64,000 nucleotides of DNA, from positions 240,312,001 to 240,376,000 of the forward strand of contig OZ024742.1 in NCBI GenBank assembly GCA_964016885.1, read 5' to 3'. The notes below the pieces were generated by a model, which searched no databases, had not been told where the DNA came from, and saw nothing but the letters and a program-made list of their open reading frames with translations. This DNA is from Eledone cirrhosa (taxonomy: Eukaryota). The translations under genes and the position numbers were made by a program. This document shows positions 13,095 through 24,805 of the stretch, piece after piece. The first letter of the stretch is position 1. Every line of letters starts with the position of its first letter.

Positions 13095-13727
13095 TAAAAA
13101 TTATATTATCTCAATGCTTTGGAAAACTGCCTCGAAACTCAATTCTTTTTATTATTTTTGTTTTATATATATATATATATATATGTATATTTTAGTTTTT
13201 AAATGAATTTATCATTTTGTGGCCTATTGGTTAGGCTGTTAAAGTTGCACTCATAATGTCATGAATTCGATTCCTAGGCTGGACTGTGTGTTGTGTTCTT
13301 CAGAAAGTTGCTTCATTTCACATTGCCTTTCATAAGACTGGGTCCCCCTATCATTTAAAACATCCAAGAAACCTTCTGTGAGATGCAATCTCATAGAAGG
13401 CCAGCTAAACCAACATAGGTGTGAGCTGTAACAACAACAACAACTCCTATCTGAGATGCAACCTCATAAGGCCAGCTAATCCTGCATAGGTGTGAATGGC
13501 AAATTTAATTTTTTTTTCTCTCATAAGAATGATTGGAAGAAAAAATAGAATTATTTGAAAAAAAAAATAGAATTATAAGAAAAAATAGAAATATGAGAGG
13601 AAAAATTGAATGAAAGGAAGGAAAAAGAAAATTATTGGAAGATAAAAATATTCACCATTTGAGCTGCAGCAGGATGATTACAGAGGTTTCTGAATATCTA
13701 AGAGAGAGAAAGTATATATATATATAT

Positions 13728-13900
13728 CCCGGGTTTAATCGGGAGTAAAGTACTCAATACATAGAGTATAAATTTTTAATATAGAAATGGGTTCTACAGG
13801 ACTAGAACTGTTTCATTCGGAGGAAATCATCAGGAAAGCCCTGATGATTTCCTTCGAATGAAACAGTTCTAGTCCTGTAGAAGTTATTTCTATATTAAAT
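13728..13900 (-). mobile_element. Short palindromic element (hairpin plus unique arm), possible Penelope-like terminus; copy 1
   Basis: Perfect-ish hairpin with arms of about 60 bp containing CTGATGA...GAAAC...GTC. It is the reverse complement of 35906-36100 and is flanked by (TA)n. Confidence 0.6.
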
Positions 13901-14362
13901 ATATATAGACATGTATGTATGTTAGCATTCTTGCATTATATCTTCTCTATGTACTCACACAGGACAAACAAGAAATATTTTAAAAAAAAGGAAAATAAAA
14001 TAATTTTTTTCTTTTTTATTGAAAGATTCAATAAGCTTCAAGAGACCAATATGTGTGCTTGGGAGTAAGTGTGGATGCCTACATGTGTATGTGTGTGGTG
14101 TATGTTTAGAGGCCACATATATATGTATGGTTACATATTTGTGTATGTGTGTGTGTGAAGGTACATACACATGTAAGGTTACATGCATATGTATGTTGAT
14201 ACATGAGTGTGTGAGTGGAGGGGTGCATGTATATGTTTGGCTACATGTGTGTGTGTATTTGTGTTTGTGTAGGGGCTACATGTATATGTATAGCTACATT
14301 TTGTCAGAATAGATCATTCACTAGAATCATATAAAGTCTGCCTGTCTCTCAACTACCAGCTT

Positions 14363-14855
14363 GCAAAAACGAGTTGTATCTGTAATTCGAACAACCAGCT
14401 TTGTCACACACCCTTTGTCATGCCGAATCTCCCTGACAACTACATTAAGGGAGCATGTGTCTGTGGAATGTTCAACCACATAGAGTATAAGGCAAAAACG
14501 AGTTGTATCTGTAATTCAAAGAACCAGCTTTGTCATACATCCTTTGTCATGCCGAATCTCCCTGACAACTACATTAAGGGAGCATGTGTCTGTGGAATGT
14601 TCAACCACATAGAGTATAAGGCAAAAACGAGTTGTATCTGTAATTCGAACAACCAGCTTTGTCATACATCCTTTGTCATGCCGAATCTCCCTGACAACTA
14701 CATTAAGGGAGCATGTGTCTGTGGAATGTTCAACCACATAGAGTATAAGGCAAAAACGAGTTGTATCTGTAATTCAAAGAACCATCTTTGTCATACATCC
14801 TTTGTCATGCCGAATCTCCCTGACAACTACATTAAGGGAGCATGTGTCTGTGGAG
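14363..14855 (+). repeat. 129-bp tandem repeat (about 3.8 copies) of a SINE internal segment
   Basis: Units start at about 14363, 14492, 14621 and 14750. The 43-aa periodicity in ORF 14420..14902 confirms the unit length. Similar to the SINE body at about 41535-41670. Confidence 0.9.
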
Positions 14856-14936
14856 TACTCAGCTACTTGCATGTTAATTTTACTAGCAAATCTTTCCATT
14901 GACGGAACACTCAACATCGGAACCGACAGAGGCCCA

Positions 14937-15505
14937 ACACACACACACACAGACAGACTGACACACACACAGGCAGACTGACACACACACAGGCAGACTG
15001 ACACACACACACAGACATACACATACAGCCATACAGACATACACAACACATACAGAGACATACACAGCATGCACAGAGACATACATAACACATACACAAC
15101 ACACACACAGACAACAGTCACACACACACATACAGACATACACAACACACACATACAGACATACACAACAGTCACACACACACATACACAACACACACAC
15201 ACACATAGACAAAACAGACTGACACACACAGAGACATACAGAGACATACACAACACATACACAGTCACACACACATACACAACAGTCACACACATACAGA
15301 CAGACATACACAACACAGACACACACACACATACACAACACAGTTGCACACGCACACACAGACATACACAACTTAGTCACACACACATACAGACACACAC
15401 AACTTAGTCACACACAGAGAGACATACACAACAGTCACACACACACAGACACACATACACAACAGTCACACACACACACAGACACATACACAACAGTCAC
15501 ACACA
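14937..15505. repeat. Compound (CA)n/(CAGA)n microsatellite field
   Basis: Direct inspection. Confidence 0.95.
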
Positions 15506-15739
15506 TGTTAGACAAGTATAGATCACCTTCAACTAGCAAGACAAGCATACATACAGTGAAGAAGGCAAAATGTTCATGATGCTAAACATGATGATGGTGG
15601 TGATGGTGGTGGTGGTGATGATGATGATGGTGATGATGATGGTGGTGGTGGTGATGATGATGTTCATCAAGGAAAAACAGAAGCAGCCAAATTAGATCAA
15701 ATTGTTACAATTACCATTCATTCAGACGTTCTAATTTAT

Positions 15740-16485
15740 TATATATATATGTGTGTGTATGTATGTGTGTGTGTATGTGTGTCTGTGTGTATGTGTGTGT
15801 CTGTATGTATGTATGTGTGCATGTATGTCTGTGTATTCATGTATGTGTGCATGTATGTCTGTGTGTATGCATGTATGTATGCATGTGTGTGTCTGTGTAT
15901 GTATGTGTGCATGCATGTATGTGTGTGTGTGTGTATGTATGTATGTGTGCATGTATGTATGTGTGTATGTGTATGTATATATGTATGTATGTGTGTATGT
16001 AGGTATGTGTGTAGGTATGTGTGCATTTATGTATATATGTTATATATATGTATTTGTGTATATATATAAATATGTATGCATGTATGAATGTATGCATGTG
16101 TGAATGTGTATGAATGTGTGCATGTATGAATGTGCATGTGTGTATGTATGTATGTGAGTATGCATTTATGCAGTGTGTTTTGATGTCTATATCCTCGTCT
16201 AACCCATGCTAGCATGGAAGAACGGACGTAAAACGGTGATGATGATGATGATGCATGTGCCTGTTTTAATCTTTATATGTGTGTGTGTTTTGATGTTTAT
16301 ATGAATGCATGTATGTGTTTTGATGTATATATGAATGTGTGTGTTTTGATGTATGTATGTATTTTGTGTGTGTATGTATATATGTATTCAGTGTGTGTGT
16401 GCGCGCATGTTTTTATGTTTATATGAATGCATGTGTGTGATTTGGTATATATATATATATATGAATGTGTGTTTTGGTGTATGCA
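15740..16485. repeat. Compound (TG)n/(TATG)n microsatellite field containing a solitary 55-nt RTE tail at about 16197-16253
   Basis: Direct inspection; CGTCTAACCCATGCTAGCATGGAAGAACGGACGTAAAACGGT(GAT)n. Confidence 0.9.
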
Positions 16486-16914
16486 TTTTATTATATGCTA
16501 TAGAATAAGTAGCAGCTAAGTATTGAGCAGGCTGTTCTGTTGTTTGAACAACTGGAAGACTCATTATTGAAATTGGTCAAGTCCCATTTCATGTGTAACA
16601 GCAAGATATCTAAACAGAACGAGGATAGACAATGGTCCACAGTCTGAAGGCTGTATCAAGCCCGGAGACTCATCAGGGCGGTATTTATCCCTGTTTCCAG
16701 GGTGTTAAGTGACTGAGAGTACACGACTCCCTCTTGACTGAACACCAGTCCATCAGAAGGTTAAACTCCCAGCTATTGCTGGTACTCATTTTCAGCTGAG
16801 TATACTGGAGCAATGTGAACTGAAGGGGGTTTACTCAAGAATACAACACACAACCCAGCCCAAGAATCAAACCCACAGCAGTATGATAATAAGCCCAACA
16901 CATTCATACATATA

Positions 16915-17957
16915 CCCATTCTCTGCCCCAAATGCAAACAATGGGTACACAAGAGATGTAGCGGGATCTCAGGAAGCTTAATTAAGAATGTAGGATTCAC
17001 ATGCAGCAGCTGTGCTGAAACAGCAAGCAAACAGCCACAGGAAACAAGTACCACCAATCTCTGGGAGGGCCCTGTAGAAACAGTAGACAGCTTCTGCTAC
17101 CTAGGTGACCGAATTAGCAACGGAGGTGGGTGCTCAGAAAGTACAATAACTAGGGTAAGAACGGGATGGAAGAAGCAAAAGGCTAGCTGCAAAAGGCTTC
17201 TCCCTCAGAATGAAAGGCAGACTGTATGATGCGTGTATCCGAACAGCGATGTTGCATGGTAGTGAGACCTGGGCGCTGAAGGTGGAAGACTTACGTAGAT
17301 TAGAGAGAAACGAAGCCTGCATGCTCCGATGGATGTGTAACAGTAATATACGTGAACGACAAAGCATAAATGAATTGAGAGAGAGACTGAGCATAAGAGG
17401 AATCAAATGCTGCGTGCAGGAGAGGCGGTTACGCTGGTATGGACATGTGATGCGTATGAAGGATGACAGCTGCATAAAAAGGTGCAGAGCACTAGAAGTT
17501 GATGGAAACCGCGGAGTGGGGAGACCCAAGATGACTTGGGATGAGGTGATAAAAGCCGACCTTACCCAACTACACCTCTCAAAGACAATGACACACGACC
17601 GTGACTTCTGGCGTCACGCAGTAATACAGGGTACCCGACCTCCCATGGGTACATGCTGAAGCATATAAACAATATGCCCCCACTCCCTCCACCGCAAGGT
17701 GGTCGTGGAGGTGCCACGGCAAAAAAGCACCCAGCCCACACTGTAAAGTGGACGTGTAGGTGCCACGAAAAAGCACCCAGCACTCACTGTAAATGAGGTT
17801 GGTGTTAGGAAGGGCATCCAGCTGTAGAAATCAAGCCAGATCAGTTCCTGTATGAGCAAGGCATGGTCAGCCGACCAGACACTGCCCACAACAGGACAAC
17901 CCGTCTAACCCATGCTAGCGTGGAAGAACGGACGTAAAACGGTGATGATGATGATGA
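16915..17957 (+). mobile_element. 5'-truncated RTE-clade LINE inserted into a minus-strand SINE
   Basis: ORF 17210..17659 reads LYDACIRTAMLHGSETW...RRLRWYGHVMRM...GRPKMTW, followed by the 3'UTR and (GAT)n. The SINE tRNA head resumes at 17957. Confidence 0.92.
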
Positions 17958-18007
17958 CTCTTACCACTAGGCTACATGCATCCGCAGAGGTTGTGATTAC
18001 AGATTAA

Positions 18008-18220
18008 CTCTTTAGCATTTACATTACTCTATATTTACTATTGTATTTTTGTGGTAAAGTCTTTATCTTACATAATTATCTCATATAATTGAATCTACGA
18101 GATTTTGATGTTATTTATTTTGAGAAAAATACCTTAATATAAGTATGAATGGTCAGTTATGGCTGGTTTGAACAGAAAGAGGTGAGAGAATTCTGGCTGA
18201 ATACAGCCAGATTAAAAGAG
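18008..18220. mobile_element. TTAA-flanked MITE family A (piggyBac-like). Other copies: 24491-24708, 26483-26694, 35422-35642, 46487-46691, about 62430-62629, about 62916-63133, and split at 2662-3326.
   Basis: TTAA|CCCTTTAGCATTTA ... TAAATGCTAAAGGG|TTAA termini and a shared interior of about 220 bp. Confidence 0.85.
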
Positions 18221-18521
18221 TTAAAGGATTTGGGGTTCATGTCCTCCTACTGGTATTTTGTTGTGTTTCTGGATAGTACGCATTCCATCCACATTGACTC
18301 TTCCACCAAGTCAGTATTCAAATGGATCTACTGACTTTTCAGATAGGCTGGGTGCCTGCATCTCCTTTACATATGTTCCTGAATTCTACCAAGTTCTCAG
18401 GCACACTATGAGCTCATATCTCATTTTCATATGCTCCTGCACTCTCCTGAGTGCATTTTATTGTGTCACATCTTTGATACAGCTAAAGAATCCTCATGAA
18501 TCCTCTGTGTGTGTGTGTGTG

Positions 18522-18560
<39 letters not shown>

Positions 18561-18879
18561 GCCTGAAAGCTAATGTGTATTCCAAGCATCTAGGAACAGC
18601 AACAATATAATTTTCACATTGAGTCAAATACAAAAAAAAAGGCTATTGAACAGCAAGTTTCACTTTTTTGTGGTATTCATCTACTTTACCATGACATTTG
18701 ATAATGCTCAAAAAGTATGGCTACCCAAACAAATTTGTGAAGTGTCATGATGTTATGTTTGCTACAGTTTCTTTGGGAGTAACCCAGACTCCTTTTTTCA
18801 TGGAAATGATTAAAGATAACAATGATATTTTGATAATCTATTTCCAGGATATAATTACATAAATGTTCAACACACGCAC

Positions 18880-18945
<66 letters not shown>

Positions 18946-20586
18946 GGCATACAGGATTAAATGCATGAGTAACTTTGAAGAAATAAACATTTACAAGGAA
19001 AGCAGACTTCTTATTGTAGCAATATGACGGGGATAAGAAATGTATTGTGTGTGTAAATTTTAAAGAGCTAGAAACATTATCATCATCATTTAACGTTAAT
19101 TTTCACTGTTTGCAGTCATTGGATGTGTCATTACAGACTAGTCAGTTCTCCATCGGAGCCTCTGACCTCATGATGTGTTGGGGGCCTGACATACAATCCC
19201 ATGCTCTACTGAGTACATTTTATTGTGGCACCAACACTAAGAAAGTTGTCATGTCTTTGACATAGCTAAAGAGTCTTCCTCTCACACATATACACAGACA
19301 CACATGACATATTATGGTTGATATTTTGATGGTGATTGGCAAGCTGAACTATTCATCACCATCCCATCACAATCCATACCCTTTCCTTAGAAAAAGAGGT
19401 TCCTAACCTCAAAATATTCTGAAATATAAGATCTTTAAAGTGTTGTTTTGTTTTGTTTGTCTTTACTCTTGTTTTCCCTCCTTTATTTTTAATTTACATT
19501 GTATTAGCTTTCCCCAAGCAACCTTAACCACATATTCCATGCCACTTCATATAAACGATACTACTTTATCATAAGGATTGGAGGAATCATTTGAGTGCCA
19601 GACCAAATGCTTTGAAGCATCTAGTTATGACCCTTTACATTCTGAGTTGAAATCCTGCTGAGGTCAACTTTGTCTTTCACCCTTCCATGGCTGATAAAAT
19701 AAAGTACCAGTAGGGTACTGAAGTTGATATAATCGATTTCTCCCGCCCTACAGATTACTGGTCTTGTGCCTAAATTAGAAATTATTATTTCTTTCTTTTG
19801 TGATCTAACTGCAAAGCCTACTGGAGTAGGATTGGAGTCAATAATATAAGTCACTGTCAAGTAATACGGTAAATGTAATCTATGTTGCTCTTACCCAAAA
19901 TTTCTAGCCTTTTACAAATATTAAGAAATTAAAACTTTTGATACTAGCCTGGCCAAAACTCACTCGAGTAATATGAAACAAAACCCTTTAAAGATTTCCT
20001 ATTTAATTTAAAATCTTCCAAAATAATTTTATATAAGAATCTTATGTTACGTTACTATCTAAGTAATAAAATAATTAATGATTTAGTAAATATCACAAAA
20101 TTCTTTCTTAACTCTTTGGATACCAGCTTGGTCAAAAGCAGCTCTGGTTCTATGAAATAGATCCACCCATTTTAAAGATGTTCTATTTAAATTGAAATCT
20201 ATAGTTACTATGAAATAATTAATAATTTTATCAAATTCTTCCTAAAATGATTGAAATAAATTGTATATCATTAGAAATACAATCACTAAAGAGTTAAAGT
20301 ATAAAGTGTGTATGGGAAAGTTGTAGATGGGGAAGATGTTGAGCTAGATCTTGGGATGAAATAATTAGTAATTTTAGTAAATTCCTCATTATTCTTAATT
20401 AATTTATTAAAATACAGTAAAATTCCCTTTAGAAATACAGTCACAAAAAGGGTTAAATAATCAAAGGTAGGTAACAGTTACATTATGTTTTTGTTTTTAT
20501 TTTATTTTTATTTTTTAAAACCTTGTTACATTTTTTTTTCTTACATTAAACACATATTATTTTTTTTCCTTTGTTTATTCCTAAAG

Positions 20587-20625
20587 GCTTATGGATGATG
20601 GCCCACCCCAATCATATACCGCGCC
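20587..20625 (+). CDS. Candidate short exon (39 nt, phase 2-2, LMDDGPPQSYTAP). An alternative 49-nt form ends at 20635.
   Basis: Long pyrimidine tract and taaag acceptor, GC-rich island, joins 20827 in frame. The donor is ambiguous (gtagtt at 20626 or gtaaat at 20636). Confidence 0.45.
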
Positions 20626-20826
20626 GTAGTTTCCCGTAAATCCAAACCTGCGTTAGTAAATGACCATTCTATAAATCAGTTTCCACAGACTTCTCTTCTT
20701 ACCTATCTATATATTTCTCTTTCTATATATATATATACACACACACACATATATATATATATATACACATATATATATATTAAAGAATTACTACTATGGC
20801 ATTTCTTGTTTTCTCTTCTGTTTCAG

Positions 20827-21698
20827 TAAACGGCATGTGAAATTTCAATCACCTGCTACATCGTCACCTAGGCGTGCAGTACTGATGCAGTCCACACCAC
20901 CTGCATCTACATCCTCTCCGAGTCTTACAGCTAACAACAATAACAATAACAACACTACTAACACTAGTACCAACACTACAACTACAACAACTACTACCAC
21001 TACTGCTACTACTACAAATACTACTAGTACTACTGCTACTGCTGTCTCGTCTACTTGCCCGCCACCTTCCCCACCTTCTCCGCCGCCCCCTCTTCCACCA
21101 CCTCCACTTCCTCTGCCTCCCCCGCCGTCCCCTTCAAATTTCCCACCTCTCCCTCCTCCTCCCTTGCCTCCACCCCCGGCAGACTTCTCCAACGAATCAA
21201 CTGAACCTGACGCCGACTCCGAATCCACTGCCCTGGCCCCACTCTTGCCTCCGCCTCCCCCTCTACCCCCTCCCCCGCCTCCACTCCCCCTTCCTCCACC
21301 CCAACACCCCAAGTTGTCCCAATTTCACCACCACCACCACCAACAACAACACCACCATCACCATCATCATCACTACCAGCAGCAGCAGCACTCGTCCGTA
21401 GTGGACCGAGATCGGGACAGGCCCATGTCTCCACTTGCCCAACCTCGATCACAGCATGCGTCTCCATGCTCTACCCCTCCCGTGGTGGCACCATGCCACA
21501 GACACACAGAACAAGAAGCAGACAACTCAATATTTACCTTCCCTTGCAGCTCTCCTCTTCCCGAAGATATGATCACTCCCTCCTCCCCGACCATAATCCA
21601 GTCTGGTGGCCTCAAATCGTCCACATCACCTGCTAAATGCTCCAGTTCTGCTATTCGACGCCGGTCTTCAGACTCAGACTTGAGTACCACTCCAAAAG
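20827..21698 (+). CDS. C2CD5: C2CD5 coding exon (872 nt): low-complexity Thr/Pro/His-rich region ending RRRSSDSDLSTTPK
   Basis: Pyrimidine tract and tttcag acceptor at 20826, open frame (ORF 20837..21751), G|gtaat donor at 21699. The C-terminal SSDSDLSTTPK resembles vertebrate C2CD5 SSDTDLSLTPK (recalled). Confidence 0.85.
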
Positions 21699-21944
21699 GT
21701 AATAATAATAATGCAAATATTATCAATATCAAGCCCTCTAATACTAATTAACCATTTACAATTTAATGCTTTTGCCAATGTATTTCTTATGAAATACACT
21801 GTAAAAAAAATGTGTTTTTTTTTTTTGTTTTGTTTTTTTAGAGGGCTACAGTGGGGACATTAGTTGTTAAAAATAATGACAACAAAATGGTTTGAAAGTT
21901 CCCTGGGGGTATTTAATAAGCTTCGCTTTTTTTTCTTCATCCAC

Positions 21945-22185
21945 TCATTCATCAGAGGGCTGTGGAGGCAGAATCCTCAAATACTCCTTCCAGCATATCC
22001 TGTGAGAAGCAACCATCTCCAGTTCATCTGGCTGGATCCCCAAGTGAGACCAGCCAAGCTCATGGATGTCATCCAACCATCTTGATCGGGGTTTACTCCT
22101 GGGTCTCCTGCCGGTTGGTTTTCCCCATAAAATATGTCCAGCAATTCTTTCCTGAAACATTCTAACCACATGACCGTAATATCAG
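21945..22185 (-). mobile_element. RTE-like LINE 3' fragment (third family); related copy at 37896-38290
   Basis: ORF reads VRMFQERIAGHILWGKPTGRRPRSKPRSRW. The 37896 copy reads VRISQEKIAGQILWAKSTGRRHRGRPQARW. Confidence 0.8.
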
Positions 22186-24231
22186 AGTTGTGAGATTTTG
22201 AGAGATTTTGAGAGATTTAGTCAAATATTAAGATGATGTTTAGAGAATAACTTAACAAATGTTCTAACATAAAGTTATAGTTGAAGGTTTTTAAATAAAT
22301 ATAAACACTTCAAAATATACAGTTGTATGAGAAGCTTGGTGGTCTCTGGCAATTCTATATCAAAAGGGTTAACATGTAAAAACAATATATTTAGTATTTC
22401 AACCAGGTTATTTTGGATTACATCTAAACCCTTTTTCATACCAAAATATATGACACCACCCATGGTTCAATGATACAAACCTGTTTATCTTAAAGTGTAT
22501 ATATTTATCTAGAAATCTTGCATCATAATTTCATCTAAGAACCTTTAAGTTACGTTCCAAGCACCGGTTTAAACCTCTTCATATCAAACCACCTGACACC
22601 ACCCATAGTTCTATAATACAAACCTATAAATCATATATCATAATTTTATCTAAGAACCTTTGTTAAATTATGCTCTAAATACCAGTTTGATAACAAGAAA
22701 ATTAGTTATAGTGCTAAATCCTTCCAAATTCTTGGTTATTTAAAAATTATTTTCAAATTCATAGGCTGTGTCTTTCATTAGAAATATGGTAACTAAAGGG
22801 TTAATGATTTAGGCGGTGTCTTTGATTAGAAATATGGTAATGAAAAAGTCAAGAACATACCCAGTGTCTTTCATTAAAAATATGGTAATGAAAGGGTTAA
22901 TAACATAGTCAGTGTCTTTCATTAGAAATATGGAACAAGGAAACTTTCCTGGGTTCAATTTCTTTTTTATATAATAAATTCAATATATTTTGCAAAAGTT
23001 GGGCATTTTCACATTGTTAGAGTATCTTATTTACAGTAAAGGCACATGGTTTGTGGTTAGAGAGTTGGATTCATAATCATGAGGTTGTGAGTTCAATTCC
23101 TAGACTGCCTGTTATATCCTTGAGCAAAACATTTTATTTCACGCTGCTCCAGTTCACTCAGCTGTAGAAATGAGTTGCAACATCACTGGTGCCAAGCTGT
23201 ATCAGCCTTTGTCTCTTCCTTGGATGACATCAATGGCATGGAGAGGGGAAACTAAGCATGCATGTGTAACTGCTGATCTTCCACAAAAACACATGCCCAG
23301 TCTTGTGCCTCGAAGGAGAACTTTCTAGATGCAAAACCCATGGTCATTCATGATTGAAGGGATTTTTTTCCTTTTAAAATATTATTTTACAACTGGATGC
23401 CCTTCCTAAGGCTGACTACTCAGATTTGAAGTAAAAGTGGTATCATTAGCCAGGTAGACACTAGACATTGGGTGTAGCAAGATTTGACCACATGACTATG
23501 TGGTGTGTAGTTCACTATATTAATCTTACAACCAGTGTAGTAATAACACGAGTAACTATTAATCTGATTGGTTACATAAATAGACTCCCTTGGAAAGCAC
23601 AAATCAATTTAGAATATATGAACCTTAAACATTCCTTGTTTGGTCCTCTTCTTTATCTGCTGTCAATTTATCCCCAGCTCTGTTTCTTTACTTAAAATCA
23701 TCAGTAAAACAGATTCCATATCTAAATTTAGGAAAATATGTTGAGCAAACAAAAATATTTTCCTCCAAAAGGAACTGCCCACCATTTTAATAAAATATAT
23801 TTAGGAGGCTCAAGCCAGAAAAAATACGAAAAAATGCCTTTCCTGTTTAGTAGATAGTAAAAAGTATTATTTTAAAGTTAGAAGCCCTATTTAAGATTAG
23901 TGTGTATTAACAAGAGGTAGGTTTTAAAGGTAAGTGATGTTTTTATAGATAAACCCTTGAGTACAATTTCAAATTGGCTGACTTTGTCCTTATGTTAAAC
24001 AAACCAAGTTGCACTTTTACCTTTCAAAAACTCAGAAATGTATTTTAGCTTTCTTTTGTCTGTTGATGTGTTTGTAAGTGTATGTATGTTTACTGAAAAT
24101 ATATTTTTTCTTTGTTTTTTTTTTAATTTTGTTAAACATTATTTTATTTTTCCAGTTGTTCATAATATTTTATATTTTAATTCAATTTGAGATTGCATAT
24201 CAAAGAAATCATCATTTTAATTGCACATTAA

Positions 24232-24805
24232 CTCTTAACATCCTGTACCACATGAAACCACATTAACAAAACATTCTTGAAAAATATAAAACAGCACTAT
24301 GACTGCATCTCATTAAAAATTAAAGTCTTTATTTTAGTTTACTGCACATTTTTACAACAATCTGTTCGTCAGTAAAGATACTATAAACATTTGAGTTAAC
24401 AAACCACATGAAATCACAGCAAGACATTCTTAAAATATATAAAACAGTTCTCTGACTGCATCACATAAAACATTAAATTATTAGCCTTAACCCTTTAGCA
24501 TTTACATTACTCTATATATACTATTGTATTTTTGTGGTAAAGGCTTTACCTTACATAATTATCTCACATGATTTCAAATCCATGAGATGTTGATGTTATT
24601 TATTGAGAACAATACCGTAACATCAGTATAAGCAACTGGTTACAGCCAGTTTGAACAGAAAGAGGTGAGAGAATTCTGCCGGATATGGCCGGTTTAAATG
24701 CTAAAGGGTTAAAGGTGCAAATTTTTGATGAGTAAAAATGCTATAAATAATTGAATTAACCAGTTTTTAGATATTTTCTGCGAAATCATTACAGGATGTT
24801 AAGAA
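24232..24805. mobile_element. TTAA-flanked MITE family B with a nested family A copy. Other B copies: about 26723-26933, 33150-33496, 41840-42035.
   Basis: TTAA|CTCTTAACATCCTGTA ... TACAGGATGTTAAGA(G)|TTAA. Confidence 0.8.

Noticed and set aside
14420-14902. 160-aa Cys-rich repeat ORF as a protein-coding gene
   Set aside because: It is the translation of a 129-bp tandem repeat of a SINE segment, with no splice or homology support.
14774-16215. Many overlapping CV/HT-rich ORFs
   Set aside because: Artefacts of (CA)/(TG) microsatellites. The same applies to ORFs at 43121-43508, 54080-54534, 55135-55423 and 57974-58294.
1-20500. N-terminal C2-domain exons or promoter of C2CD5
   Set aside because: I found no segment resembling MPGKLKV, DEPLQI or FDLEGESG by eye. 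They presumably lie upstream of the window; tBLASTn would settle this.
20845-21732. Antisense Gly/Val-rich ORFs
   Set aside because: They are shadows of the Pro/Thr-rich sense exon.
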